IMG/VR virus record: IMGVR_UViG_3300037471_001733
Coordinates: 22,201 to 86,200 of that record
DNA length: 64,000 nucleotides
Source of the DNA: a virus
Taxonomy: Duplodnaviria; Heunggongvirae; Uroviricota; Caudoviricetes
Reading direction: 5' to 3' (one strand)
Part shown: piece after piece, positions 23,569 through 31,456 of the stretch
Layout: every line of letters begins with the position of its first letter
Numbering within the stretch: position 1 is the first letter of the stretch
Program-made: the position numbers and the translations under genes
Notes under the pieces: model-generated
Database searches by the model: none
What the model saw: only the letters and a program-made list of their open reading frames with translations
What the model was told of the DNA's origin: nothing

Positions 23569-24279
23569 ATGGACTGCGGCAAGAGAAGAACATGGGAGTG
23601 TGGCGTGACAACGAACTCTAAGAGGCTTTCTGGTAGACCATCTTTTAATTGGTCTATACCTGAGCCAGAAGAAGTTAAAGAAGTTAGATTGAAAGCCAAT
23701 TTGTCTCAGAGAGAAGCTTGTAATCTTTCTGGGATTAAAGAAGTAATGACTTGGAGTAATTGCGAAACTAGGAGAGCCGATGGCACTCCTAAGGCCCGCA
23801 TGGACCCAATTAGATGGGAATATTTCCTTCTAATAGTTGGACAACATTCCAAATTCGTTATTCTTCCGAGACTCGGGGTTGAACAGCCAAGAGAGGCGGC
23901 AGCTTTAACTAGGAAAGGTCCGTCTCTGCCTGGGGAGAACATTACTTTCGCAGTCGAGAGCCGAACTAGTGAAGACGAGTGGCGCTTGGTAGAAGGCGGA
24001 CAGTTCACAGCTCTGACTGCGGCATGTGTGGCCATAGACACGATGGTTGCCTGCAGGAACCTAAATGAACTAAGGGTGTCGCGTTACTCAGGTGGCGACT
24101 TCGTGATGGCAGTGCATGGGCCTGGTGTCTCTATGGACGAAGGCCCGAAGCGTTTTACCCATGCAAAGGCTGCGCCATCTCGAAGGACTGGGACTGACAG
24201 GAACGGAGCAGACCCAGGAGACCCAGATAATGATGGAAATGGAAGCAGAAATTCCAATGGTTTCGACCCTCAGGATTGA
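23569..24279 (+). CDS. low-GC HTH-fusion protein (236 aa): N-terminal XRE-type HTH, C-terminal ~130-aa unknown domain, acidic/Gly/Asn tail
   Basis: VKEVRLKANLSQREACNLSGIKEVMTWSNCE...PIRWEYFLLIVGQH HTH pattern; AT-rich codons (AGA, TTA, AAA) unlike rest of window. Confidence 0.6.
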   Translation: MDCGKRRTWECGVTTNSKRLSGRPSFNWSIPEPEEVKEVRLKANLSQREACNLSGIKEVMTWSNCETRRADGTPKARMDPIRWEYFLLIVGQHSKFVILPRLGVEQPREAAALTRKGPSLPGENITFAVESRTSEDEWRLVEGGQFTALTAACVAIDTMVACRNLNELRVSRYSGGDFVMAVHGPGVSMDEGPKRFTHAKAAPSRRTGTDRNGADPGDPDNDGNGSRNSNGFDPQD

Positions 24280-24306
24280 CATTCCCCGAAATAGGGAAGC
24301 CCAGGA

Positions 24307-25227
24307 TCAGCCACCTTGGGCATGCAGGAACCTTCGCATTTCTCGCTCCACCTCGCCGAGCATCTCGCTCATGCGGTCAAGCATGTGGCCCGCAAAGCGG
24401 CGCTGGACATCGGTCTCGCCAAGCGACTCACGAACCAGGCCGGTGCCTCGGCAGAAGCGGCACTTCATCTGCAGCGCAGAGCCGTAGGCACCCTGGGTAT
24501 CCTTCCCTCCTTTCTTGCCGACGCGCGGCTGCGATTGAAGTACCGATCCGACGCCGCAGCACGGACCACAACGGGGATTGAGCCAACTGCGCAGCACGCG
24601 GCCTGTGATCGCCGCCACAGCCTTGTCGGACAGGCTGCTTTGCTGGGCTGCCTTGGTGACCCGTCGATGCCATTCTTGATGCCGAGCTCGCAACTGCTCG
24701 TCGGTCTCGCCCTGCCGCCGTCTCGGTTCGGCCGGCAGCCGGAGTCCCTGCAGCGGGAACTTTGAGGCTTCGATGGTTGCCCAGCGGAACAGCGCGTCGC
24801 GCGCCGACTCCAGCGTCCTCAGCTTCGACAACATCAGCGCTTGCTCGGAGATCGCCTCGCGCTTAGCTTGGTCGCGCAGCGCTTCAAGGTCGGCGATCTT
24901 CTGCTCAAGCACCTCCTTGTCCTGCGCCGCCTGGCTCAGCATCAGCCGCGAAACCTCCTTCGCTGCCGACTTGATCGCCTCCTCCAGTTGGATCTGACGC
25001 CTCAAGGCCAGCGCGTGATCGCCTTTCACGCCGTCCCACTCGACGTGCAGTCTGAGCAGCAGTGGCGCAAGCGCACGCTCGGCATTGCCGCGATACCGGC
25101 TCTCGACGCAGCCGGCGGCGATGAGCAAGTCGACGTCCGTGATGCGTAGTCTGTTGACTTTCAAGCGCTTGGCAGTGATGGCCTGGCCGTACCGCTCTTC
25201 AATGGTGATAGGGGCGTCGGAAGTCAC
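24307..25227 (-). CDS. coiled-coil protein with two DnaJ-type CxxCxGxG zinc knuckles; possible Q-like antiterminator
   Basis: RCGPCCGVGS...KCRFCRGTG resembles lambda Q CRDCHGTG...CGRCKGVG (memory); last gene of the early operon. Confidence 0.35.
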   Translation of the reverse strand: MTSDAPITIEERYGQAITAKRLKVNRLRITDVDLLIAAGCVESRYRGNAERALAPLLLRLHVEWDGVKGDHALALRRQIQLEEAIKSAAKEVSRLMLSQAAQDKEVLEQKIADLEALRDQAKREAISEQALMLSKLRTLESARDALFRWATIEASKFPLQGLRLPAEPRRRQGETDEQLRARHQEWHRRVTKAAQQSSLSDKAVAAITGRVLRSWLNPRCGPCCGVGSVLQSQPRVGKKGGKDTQGAYGSALQMKCRFCRGTGLVRESLGETDVQRRFAGHMLDRMSEMLGEVEREMRRFLHAQGG

Positions 25228-25278
25228 AGCGAATCCTCTCGGTCCTGCTTCAAATTTCCAGATTGACGGAGACGCCGG

Positions 25279-25749
25279 TCACGGCTTTTTGGCGGATTGC
25301 ACGGCTTCTTGGTAGATGGACTCGTAGATGCCGCGCAGCCAGGTGGTCACGATGGTCTTGGCCAGGAGCAGCACGTCACCAATGACGTTGCTGGCCATGC
25401 TGATGGGCCACACGATCATCCAGTGCACGATACGGCCAGCTTGGCGCGCGGGAGACAGGTGGGCGTAGCTTTCCCGTCCGGGGTTGTTGTCCACAGCATC
25501 GCGCACGAAGCGGCGGTAGCGCCAGATGCTCCAAACCACGCCGATCAGCACATAGCCTATGGCCCCGTAGAGCACGTGTTGCGGCGGCACCTGGAAGAAC
25601 AGATAGGCCACGAAGCCGGCGATCACCGCGAAGAAAAGCGCAAAGCCGGTGGACTCCATGGCCTCGCAGAAGATGGCCACGAGGACCAGCGCAGAGAGGG
25701 CGATCCAGTTGAGCAGGTAGCCTGTGACCAGGCCCATCACAAATTCCAT
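25279..25749 (-). CDS. integral membrane protein (156 aa, about 4 TM)
   Basis: Hydrophobic helices LVTGYLLNWIALSALVLVAIF, FALFFAVIAGFVAYLFF, YGAIGYVLIGVVWSIW, IVHWMIVWPISMA. Confidence 0.6.
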   Translation of the reverse strand: MEFVMGLVTGYLLNWIALSALVLVAIFCEAMESTGFALFFAVIAGFVAYLFFQVPPQHVLYGAIGYVLIGVVWSIWRYRRFVRDAVDNNPGRESYAHLSPARQAGRIVHWMIVWPISMASNVIGDVLLLAKTIVTTWLRGIYESIYQEAVQSAKKP

Positions 25750-25805
25750 GTCGATTCCTTCCAGAGTTTTCGATCAGGGCATGGCCCTGCTGATATTCGG
25801 CACGA

Positions 25806-26099
25806 TCAGGCGTATTCGCTTCCGATTTGGCCCGGAGCGTCCGAGGCTGAACATTGATTTTTGTGATTGCTAGCCGAGGGACATCTAGCGAACCCGCAGT
25901 GTCCGCAAAGGTTCCTGCGCAGCACCGTGATGCCAGGCGGCAGCCACGAGATCGGTCCCGGGCCGGCAAGCCTAGCTTTGAGCCGCCGCGCCTCGTCGAC
26001 ATCGCATTGGCGGCACCAGCACGCCCCGAACTGCTTGCGCATGGGGCTGCCTCGGCCTGAATTCGGGCGCTTACCGCGGGGCATCAGCCCTCCCTGCAT
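25806..26099 (-). CDS. Cys-rich small protein (start uncertain)
   Basis: CWCRQCD...CGHCGFARC zinc-ribbon-like; alternative ATGs at 26084 and 26042. Confidence 0.4.
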   Translation of the reverse strand: MQGGLMPRGKRPNSGRGSPMRKQFGACWCRQCDVDEARRLKARLAGPGPISWLPPGITVLRRNLCGHCGFARCPSASNHKNQCSASDAPGQIGSEYA

Positions 26100-26421
26100 C
26101 GAGGCGCAGCAGGTGATGGGCGCCGCGCGGCTCGCTTGATCTGGGCACGTCGTCTTGCCGCTGGAGATGGCGCACGATGCGCTCGGCCCAGGGCTCCATC
26201 AGGATGACGACCGTGCCGTAGAGCGTCTCGCGCAGCGGCTCCCGCGTCTTGAGGTCGACAACAAATCTGCCGGCGCTGTCAGCGACATAGCGCACCAACT
26301 CACGCCGCTCCTCGTCGGCCGTCAACACGTAGCTGCGTTCTATGCCGTCAAGCAGCACCCTCACCTTTCCTGGGCAGCCGCCGATGTATGCAGGGTCCGT
26401 GGGGTCTAGGCTCAGTCGCAC
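26071..26421 (-). CDS. hypothetical protein (116 aa)
   Basis: ORF overlapping upstream gene by 10 nt; no motif recognised. Confidence 0.5.
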   Translation of the reverse strand: MRLSLDPTDPAYIGGCPGKVRVLLDGIERSYVLTADEERRELVRYVADSAGRFVVDLKTREPLRETLYGTVVILMEPWAERIVRHLQRQDDVPRSSEPRGAHHLLRLDAGRADAPR

Positions 26422-27008
26422 GCGTCACCCTCTCCGTCGCTGTCCAGATTGCGCTGCCACTTGGCCAGCCGTGCTTCGAGCTCCAGCGTTCCGGACAGGT
26501 TGCTCCAGCCTGGGTGTGACAGCTCCAACTCGGGCCCGCCCTCACCCACTAGGCGCCAGCCTCCCTCGTGAACGCCTCCTCGCTCCCAAAGTGCCACGCT
26601 GGTTATGTCGTCTCCGCCTGCGCCGTCGATGCCGACCTTGTACGGGTACGGCTCGCCCAGGTGATGCCGCTGAAACGCCTTCATGTGGCCCACCTCGCCG
26701 GGCGCACCGGTGATAGCGGCGATGTAGGCATCCACCAGCTCCTGCACTCGCAGCGGTTCGCCCACCTTCAGCGTGCCTGCTGGGACCGTGCCCAGCACCA
26801 TCGTGCATGGCCCATCGGGCACCGGCACCCACTTCTTGACCACCTCCACAGGCTCGCCGTTGACCCGTACCGAGAAGATGGTCCGCTTGGCCGGCGCGCG
26901 TTCGGGTTCTGACTCAGGCGCCAGCATCGGCGCCGGGGGCAGCGGGTGGCGCAGCACGGTGGCCCTGAGGGTGTGCTGCCACAGCAGGCGCTTGATGGTC
27001 TTGCTCAT
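26412..27008 (-). CDS. hypothetical protein (198 aa)
   Basis: ATGA overlap with upstream gene; no motif recognised. Confidence 0.55.
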   Translation of the reverse strand: MSKTIKRLLWQHTLRATVLRHPLPPAPMLAPESEPERAPAKRTIFSVRVNGEPVEVVKKWVPVPDGPCTMVLGTVPAGTLKVGEPLRVQELVDAYIAAITGAPGEVGHMKAFQRHHLGEPYPYKVGIDGAGGDDITSVALWERGGVHEGGWRLVGEGGPELELSHPGWSNLSGTLELEARLAKWQRNLDSDGEGDACD

Positions 27009-27271
27009 GCTGCGACACCTTTCTGGACAAAAGGCTTCTGAGCCTGGACTTCCTCCACGTAGAAGCGTCTGAATTCCGTCTCATCCGGGGAGAGATAGCG
27101 GACTCGGACCGTCGCCGCAGCGTCTTGCTTGGCGATGTTCTCCCGATAGCGGTCCCACTCTTTGGCGATGGCAATGTTTTCGAGGAACTGCTTGTCAAAG
27201 CTCCAACTGAGCACATCAAAGGTGCCCCAGTTCTCGCCCACCTCGCACAACAGGTAAATCGTTTCCATCAC
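27005..27271 (-). CDS. hypothetical protein (88 aa)
   Basis: ATGA overlap; acidic/aromatic globular-looking sequence. Confidence 0.55.
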   Translation of the reverse strand: MMETIYLLCEVGENWGTFDVLSWSFDKQFLENIAIAKEWDRYRENIAKQDAAATVRVRYLSPDETEFRRFYVEEVQAQKPFVQKGVAA

Positions 27272-27564
27272 CAGTTTCCTTCCTCGCTGCCTCGCGCGTC
27301 CGCCTGGATCACCTGCAGCGACTCCCTATTGCTGAGAATCAGTGTGCGGATACCCGGCGGCAGGTGCTCTGCGAGCCACTTCTTTGCGCCGTTGTGCATG
27401 TCGGCGGACAGGGTGGGCGTGTTGATGCGCAGCACAAGCACGTCACCAGGCTTCAGCGTGAGCTTTGCTGCCTCGGTGATGAGTGGGAACGTCGGCTCTG
27501 GCTCGATACGGCGCCGCTCCCACAAAACTTCCGGGTTCTGGTTCAGGGTGGCCGGCATGGTCAA
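27268..27564 (-). CDS. hypothetical protein (98 aa)
   Basis: ATGA overlap; no motif recognised. Confidence 0.55.
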   Translation of the reverse strand: MTMPATLNQNPEVLWERRRIEPEPTFPLITEAAKLTLKPGDVLVLRINTPTLSADMHNGAKKWLAEHLPPGIRTLILSNRESLQVIQADARGSEEGNW

Positions 27565-28172
27565 GCCTCCACAGGACGGCGCTGCAGGCTTGGCAAAGCC
27601 AGCGCGCCACGGTTGCGCTTGATGATCCAGTACGTCAGCAGCACACCACCCAGCACGGACGCCAGTACCAGGCCGATGGCCAGCAAAGCAAGCGCCGCCT
27701 TCGGGTCGTCAATATCGAGGTCCAAGTCCTTGAACAAGCTGCCGGCGCCATCGAGCGCGCCGCCCATGTTCTGGAATGCGTCGTATGTGTTCTTGAGGTT
27801 GGCGAACGTGTTCCAAGACGTGATGGCGAGATTGGTCAAGGACCGCTCGCGCCACAACTCAATCCACGAATGGATCATGATCACCCAACCGCTCATGAGC
27901 GCCGGGATGATGACGAGGACGTACCAAAGCCCCGACATCTGCTTTGCGTACTCCTTGGGCAGACAGCCGGCGGCTATTGCTATGCCGGACAGCATCAGCA
28001 TGAGTACGGCCGAGAAGCCCACTGCAGACTGCACTGCGCCGCTCCAGACAACGAGGCGCATCCAGCCGCCGAGGGCTTTTACCTCATCCCAGACTTTGCC
28101 GCAGACGCGAGCGTTCCAGTACGAGATGCCTATGGTCAGCAGGATCAGGCCGACAAGAAGAAGTGTGTTCAA
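27561..28172 (-). CDS. integral membrane protein (203 aa, about 5 TM)
   Basis: Multiple hydrophobic helices (LLLVGLILLTIGISYW, VGFSAVLMLMLSGIAIAAG, LWYVLVIIPALMSGWVIMI, ALALLAIGLVLASVLGGVLLTYWI). Confidence 0.6.
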   Translation of the reverse strand: MNTLLLVGLILLTIGISYWNARVCGKVWDEVKALGGWMRLVVWSGAVQSAVGFSAVLMLMLSGIAIAAGCLPKEYAKQMSGLWYVLVIIPALMSGWVIMIHSWIELWRERSLTNLAITSWNTFANLKNTYDAFQNMGGALDGAGSLFKDLDLDIDDPKAALALLAIGLVLASVLGGVLLTYWIIKRNRGALALPSLQRRPVEA

Positions 28173-28414
28173 GCAAAGACTCCGAAAGTGAGACGAGACA
28201 GAAGGGACGCTTTGGGGCGGGCCGGCGGCGTCACCGCTTCCTTGATGAGCCGCGCAATCTCTTCAGGTGACTCGCGCACATGCACATACTTGCCATGCGT
28301 CAGGTAGACGGCGGTCAATGTGCTAGAGCTGCGATGGACGTGCGTTATGTGCTCGGCGATGAGCCATTCATCTAGGCCGCAGTCACTGGTGAACTTTATG
28401 GGGTGCATGTTCAA
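28169..28414 (-). CDS. hypothetical protein (81 aa)
   Basis: ATGA overlap downstream; no motif recognised. Confidence 0.5.
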   Translation of the reverse strand: MNMHPIKFTSDCGLDEWLIAEHITHVHRSSSTLTAVYLTHGKYVHVRESPEEIARLIKEAVTPPARPKASLLSRLTFGVFA

Positions 28415-28461
28415 ACTCCTATTTGAGAAGGTCTACTCGGCCGGTGAGCACAAATTGCGCT

Positions 28462-28731
28462 TCATCCATACAGCTTCCTGATGGTTTCGTTGAGCACCGA
28501 CAGTTCGGTGGCCTTGTAGACGGCCCACATGCGCTTCTCCCCATGCCAGCCATTCCGACTACCTTGATGGCAGTCTTTGCACAGCGGCAGAACCAAAAAA
28601 TGTCGGCCTTGCTCGATGTGATGGGCGTCACTTGGGCCGGGATGACCGCACACGCCGCAGGACAACTCCTTCACGCGCGCGATGTGATCAGACTCAGAAG
28701 CCGTGATCGCCTTGGCGTTCTTGGTCCTCAC
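28462..28731 (-). CDS. HNH-type nuclease-like small protein (Ref/DUF968-like), 89 aa
   Basis: GTGA start-stop overlap at 28731; CGVCGHPGPSDAHHI...LPLCKDCHQGSRNGWH motif. Confidence 0.5.
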   Translation of the reverse strand: MRTKNAKAITASESDHIARVKELSCGVCGHPGPSDAHHIEQGRHFLVLPLCKDCHQGSRNGWHGEKRMWAVYKATELSVLNETIRKLYG

Positions 28732-29372
28732 CTCTGCTTTTCCTTCCACGCCATAAAGGGCTGCCGAAAGCGCTTGTTGAAGCACTCCCAAGCGGTGGAG
28801 TCGACGTCAAGGTGCGATCTAGATTCGACCCCGCAGATTTCACGCACCACCATGGCGGACAGTTCCGCCCGACTCTTGGAACCCGGTCCGGATTGGTCTA
28901 ACGCCCAGAGCCAAACGGTCTCCGTGGTTGGCTCGCGTTGGAGCCACTGCTGGAACTGCTCGTCGTTGCACCACTGCGCCGCGAGCGCTGCCTTGCTGCC
29001 GCCGCGGGCCTCCATGCGCTGCTTGGCTTCGCGCTCGCGCATCGGCATGGTCTTGAGCGCAGCCAAGGCCAGTGCTGCGCCAGGTGTGCCGAACTGCTTG
29101 AAAGCCGCTCGGGCGAAGCGCGGGTCGATGTCGACACTGAGCCTCAACGCGCCTTTGGCCATGGTCTGCACCGGGCCGCTTGCGCCTTCGATGGCCTCGG
29201 CTTCGTCCTTGCTGCGGAGTGCGATCAACGCCATGGGCGTGCCCCTACTGCCGAACAGATCGAAGGCCGCCTGTGCGAGCTCTGCCGCGATATTCACGGG
29301 CAGTCGCAGAGTTCCGTCGCCCATCGTGCGCCCTGCTCCGCTGGTGGCCTCGATGATCCCTTCTTCGCTCAC
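28728..29372 (-). CDS. hypothetical protein (214 aa) with internal duplication
   Basis: GTGA overlap at 29372; two ~45-aa repeats (LRLPVNIAAELAQAAFDLFGSRGTPMALIAL / LRLSVDIDPRFARAAFKQFGTPGAALALAAL). Confidence 0.55.
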   Translation of the reverse strand: MSEEGIIEATSGAGRTMGDGTLRLPVNIAAELAQAAFDLFGSRGTPMALIALRSKDEAEAIEGASGPVQTMAKGALRLSVDIDPRFARAAFKQFGTPGAALALAALKTMPMREREAKQRMEARGGSKAALAAQWCNDEQFQQWLQREPTTETVWLWALDQSGPGSKSRAELSAMVVREICGVESRSHLDVDSTAWECFNKRFRQPFMAWKEKQR

Positions 29373-29554
29373 AGCACCTCCCCGAATGCGCCAGCCAGCG
29401 CCCAGCCCAGGCCGGCGCCGGACGCCGCCGCAAAGTCGCGCGTCAGTTGGCTCCACGCGGACGGGTCCAACTGCCAAGCGGAGAACGCTGCCACGAGATA
29501 GCTGATGCCGGCGCCAATAGCGAACCCGGCTGTGGCCTTGATCGCGGTTTTCAT
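29369..29554 (-). CDS. small membrane protein (61 aa)
   Basis: Internal ATG 29554; MKTAIKATAGFAIGAGISYLVAAF... two hydrophobic segments. Confidence 0.5.
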   Translation of the reverse strand: MKTAIKATAGFAIGAGISYLVAAFSAWQLDPSAWSQLTRDFAAASGAGLGWALAGAFGEVL

Positions 29555-29796
29555 GCGGCACCCCTCGTCGCGCAGCTGCGCCCGGCATAGACCTGCTCCA
29601 GCGCGTCGTTGGGCTTGGCGTCGCGCCACTCGGTGCTCGTGCTGATCACGCGCGGCTCCCGGTCGGGCAGCAGCGAGACAAGGTCCATGCGCTCGCACAG
29701 CACTTCGACCTGGAGCACCACACGCCCGTACCAAGTGCGGCGCGGGCGGACGCGGCCGGTCAGCGAGCGGTGGTATATGGGAGGCAGCGCGGCCAT
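29551..29796 (-). CDS. hypothetical protein (81 aa)
   Basis: ATGA overlap downstream; no motif recognised. Confidence 0.45.
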   Translation of the reverse strand: MAALPPIYHRSLTGRVRPRRTWYGRVVLQVEVLCERMDLVSLLPDREPRVISTSTEWRDAKPNDALEQVYAGRSCATRGAA

Positions 29797-29798
29797 GG

Positions 29799-30161
29799 TC
29801 AGGCGCCCTCCTGCACGCCGTAGAAGGCTGCCAAGATCAGTCGATGGATGTAGGCGTCTGCTACCCCGATATCGACCTCCTCAACGCCACCATCCGCGTA
29901 CAACGTCCCGGGGATGAAGCCGGCCGCGATCAGTGGCTGGTAGAGGTCGTAGCACCAGTCGCTGTTGCCGAACGGGCGCTTGCCGCTGAACCCATCCTGC
30001 TCGTCCCACAGCGTCTGCAGCAACTTGCACAGGTAGTCGCGCACGCGCAAGTTTGCGCCCGCGTCAGAGTCGAAGCGCAGATCCAGCGCGGCCAACAGCC
30101 CCTTGTCGGCCTGCTGCTCCGGCATTGGCACGTACTGCACACCGTCGATCACAACCGTCAT
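29799..30161 (-). CDS. hypothetical protein (120 aa)
   Basis: ATGA overlap upstream; globular-looking sequence. Confidence 0.55.
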   Translation of the reverse strand: MTVVIDGVQYVPMPEQQADKGLLAALDLRFDSDAGANLRVRDYLCKLLQTLWDEQDGFSGKRPFGNSDWCYDLYQPLIAAGFIPGTLYADGGVEEVDIGVADAYIHRLILAAFYGVQEGA

Positions 30162-30361
30162 ACCTCCTCCACCTCATGCAGGAAAGACAGCGAATGGACA
30201 GCCACGTCCGCCACCCCGTACTGCTTCGCAATCTGCTGCTTCAGGTCGTCGAAGTGCTGCTGCGAGTCGATGCGCAGCCGGGCGACGAAGATGCCGTCCA
30301 GATCTATCGTGCGGCTGCGGCCCATGTCGGCCACGGCGTGGTAGTGATACGCATACGCCAT
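30158..30361 (-). CDS. hypothetical protein (67 aa)
   Basis: Internal ATG 30361 (TGATG junction with upstream stop). Confidence 0.45.
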   Translation of the reverse strand: MAYAYHYHAVADMGRSRTIDLDGIFVARLRIDSQQHFDDLKQQIAKQYGVADVAVHSLSFLHEVEEV

Positions 30362-30579
30362 CACTCGGCTCCCTTGTCGGCCTGCTTCGACTTGTCCAAG
30401 TAATCGGCCCACTGGATGAGTTGCAGGCCCAAGAATCTGGCGCATTCCGTGGTCATGAACACAGCGCTTTGGGATGTGCCGCCAGTACTCAGCAGCACCT
30501 TCTCGTCCTTGCCCTCGCAGACGCCAATGCCGACAGAGACGGCTCCCTTGTTTTGCGGCGGGTGGAAACCGTGGCTCAT
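30361..30579 (-). CDS. hypothetical protein (72 aa)
   Basis: ATGA overlap upstream; no motif recognised. Confidence 0.5.
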   Translation of the reverse strand: MSHGFHPPQNKGAVSVGIGVCEGKDEKVLLSTGGTSQSAVFMTTECARFLGLQLIQWADYLDKSKQADKGAE

Positions 30580-30761
30580 TCGTTAGCTCCTTTGTTGGCC
30601 TTCTGCGCCTCGTACTCCGCCCGCGTCACCGGCTCGGGCAGCCGCTTGCACACAGGCGCACCGCGCACGCGCTCGTGGGTGAGCTCGACGCCGTAGCGGA
30701 TGACCAGCTTGCCGCCGCAGTGACGGCAGACCTGGCCGTTGTTGTCGGGGCCGCTGCTCAC
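30576..30761 (-). CDS. zinc-ribbon protein (61 aa)
   Basis: CRHCGGKL...C motif; ATGA overlaps both sides. Confidence 0.5.
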   Translation of the reverse strand: MSSGPDNNGQVCRHCGGKLVIRYGVELTHERVRGAPVCKRLPEPVTRAEYEAQKANKGANE

Positions 30762-31447
30762 TGGTTGGGCCCTTTGATGCTTGCCGGTAGGCTGTAGAGC
30801 TGCAGTTCCTGCGCGTTCTCAACCATGAGATCCAGTGCGGCCGACTGCGCTGGCGTCGGGCCGGGCGCCTCACCGTTGAGGATTTGGTCGATGGCCTCGC
30901 CGTAGTACGAGCCCTTGTATGGCTGGTTATCGCGCTGGCGCTGCGGGTTGCGCCGCGGCGGCACTTGGCCGCTGCGCCTTTGAGACAGCGCCTCGCGCAA
31001 CTGCGTCGGCGTCATCATGCTGGCGCTGAGCACAGGTTTGTCGCCGCACCGGCTGCCGTCGCACTCCCCGCAGCACTCGCCATTTGCATCGGCCGCCTCC
31101 TTGGCCCTCCGCTCCTGCAGCGCCTTGAACGCAGCCTCGCCCGCAATGACATATGGCGTGAACACTCCGTACCCATGACGCTCTTCGGCTGGCGGCACCT
31201 GCGCGGTATGCAGCGGTCGCTGCACTGGGTTGGACGATGCCGGCCACTGGCGAGGCGGGACCATGCCTTGCGGCCTTGGGATCGGATGCGGCGGCACATG
31301 GCCGCGGTAGTCCATCAAGGCCATTGAGTCCTGCAGATCGAGCCACGCGCGAAGCGCCAGGACGATGGCCGCGAAGGCCAGAGCAACCACCGCGACAAGG
31401 ATGTACGGCGCGGCCGGCGATGTAGCGAAGTCGATGAACCAGCCCAT
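30758..31447 (-). CDS. N-terminally membrane-anchored protein (229 aa) with Pro-rich linker and CCGECDGSRCG cluster
   Basis: TM helix PYILVAVVALAFAAIVLAL; no family recognised. Confidence 0.55.
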   Translation of the reverse strand: MGWFIDFATSPAAPYILVAVVALAFAAIVLALRAWLDLQDSMALMDYRGHVPPHPIPRPQGMVPPRQWPASSNPVQRPLHTAQVPPAEERHGYGVFTPYVIAGEAAFKALQERRAKEAADANGECCGECDGSRCGDKPVLSASMMTPTQLREALSQRRSGQVPPRRNPQRQRDNQPYKGSYYGEAIDQILNGEAPGPTPAQSAALDLMVENAQELQLYSLPASIKGPNQ

Positions 31448-31456
31448 GGCGCACCC

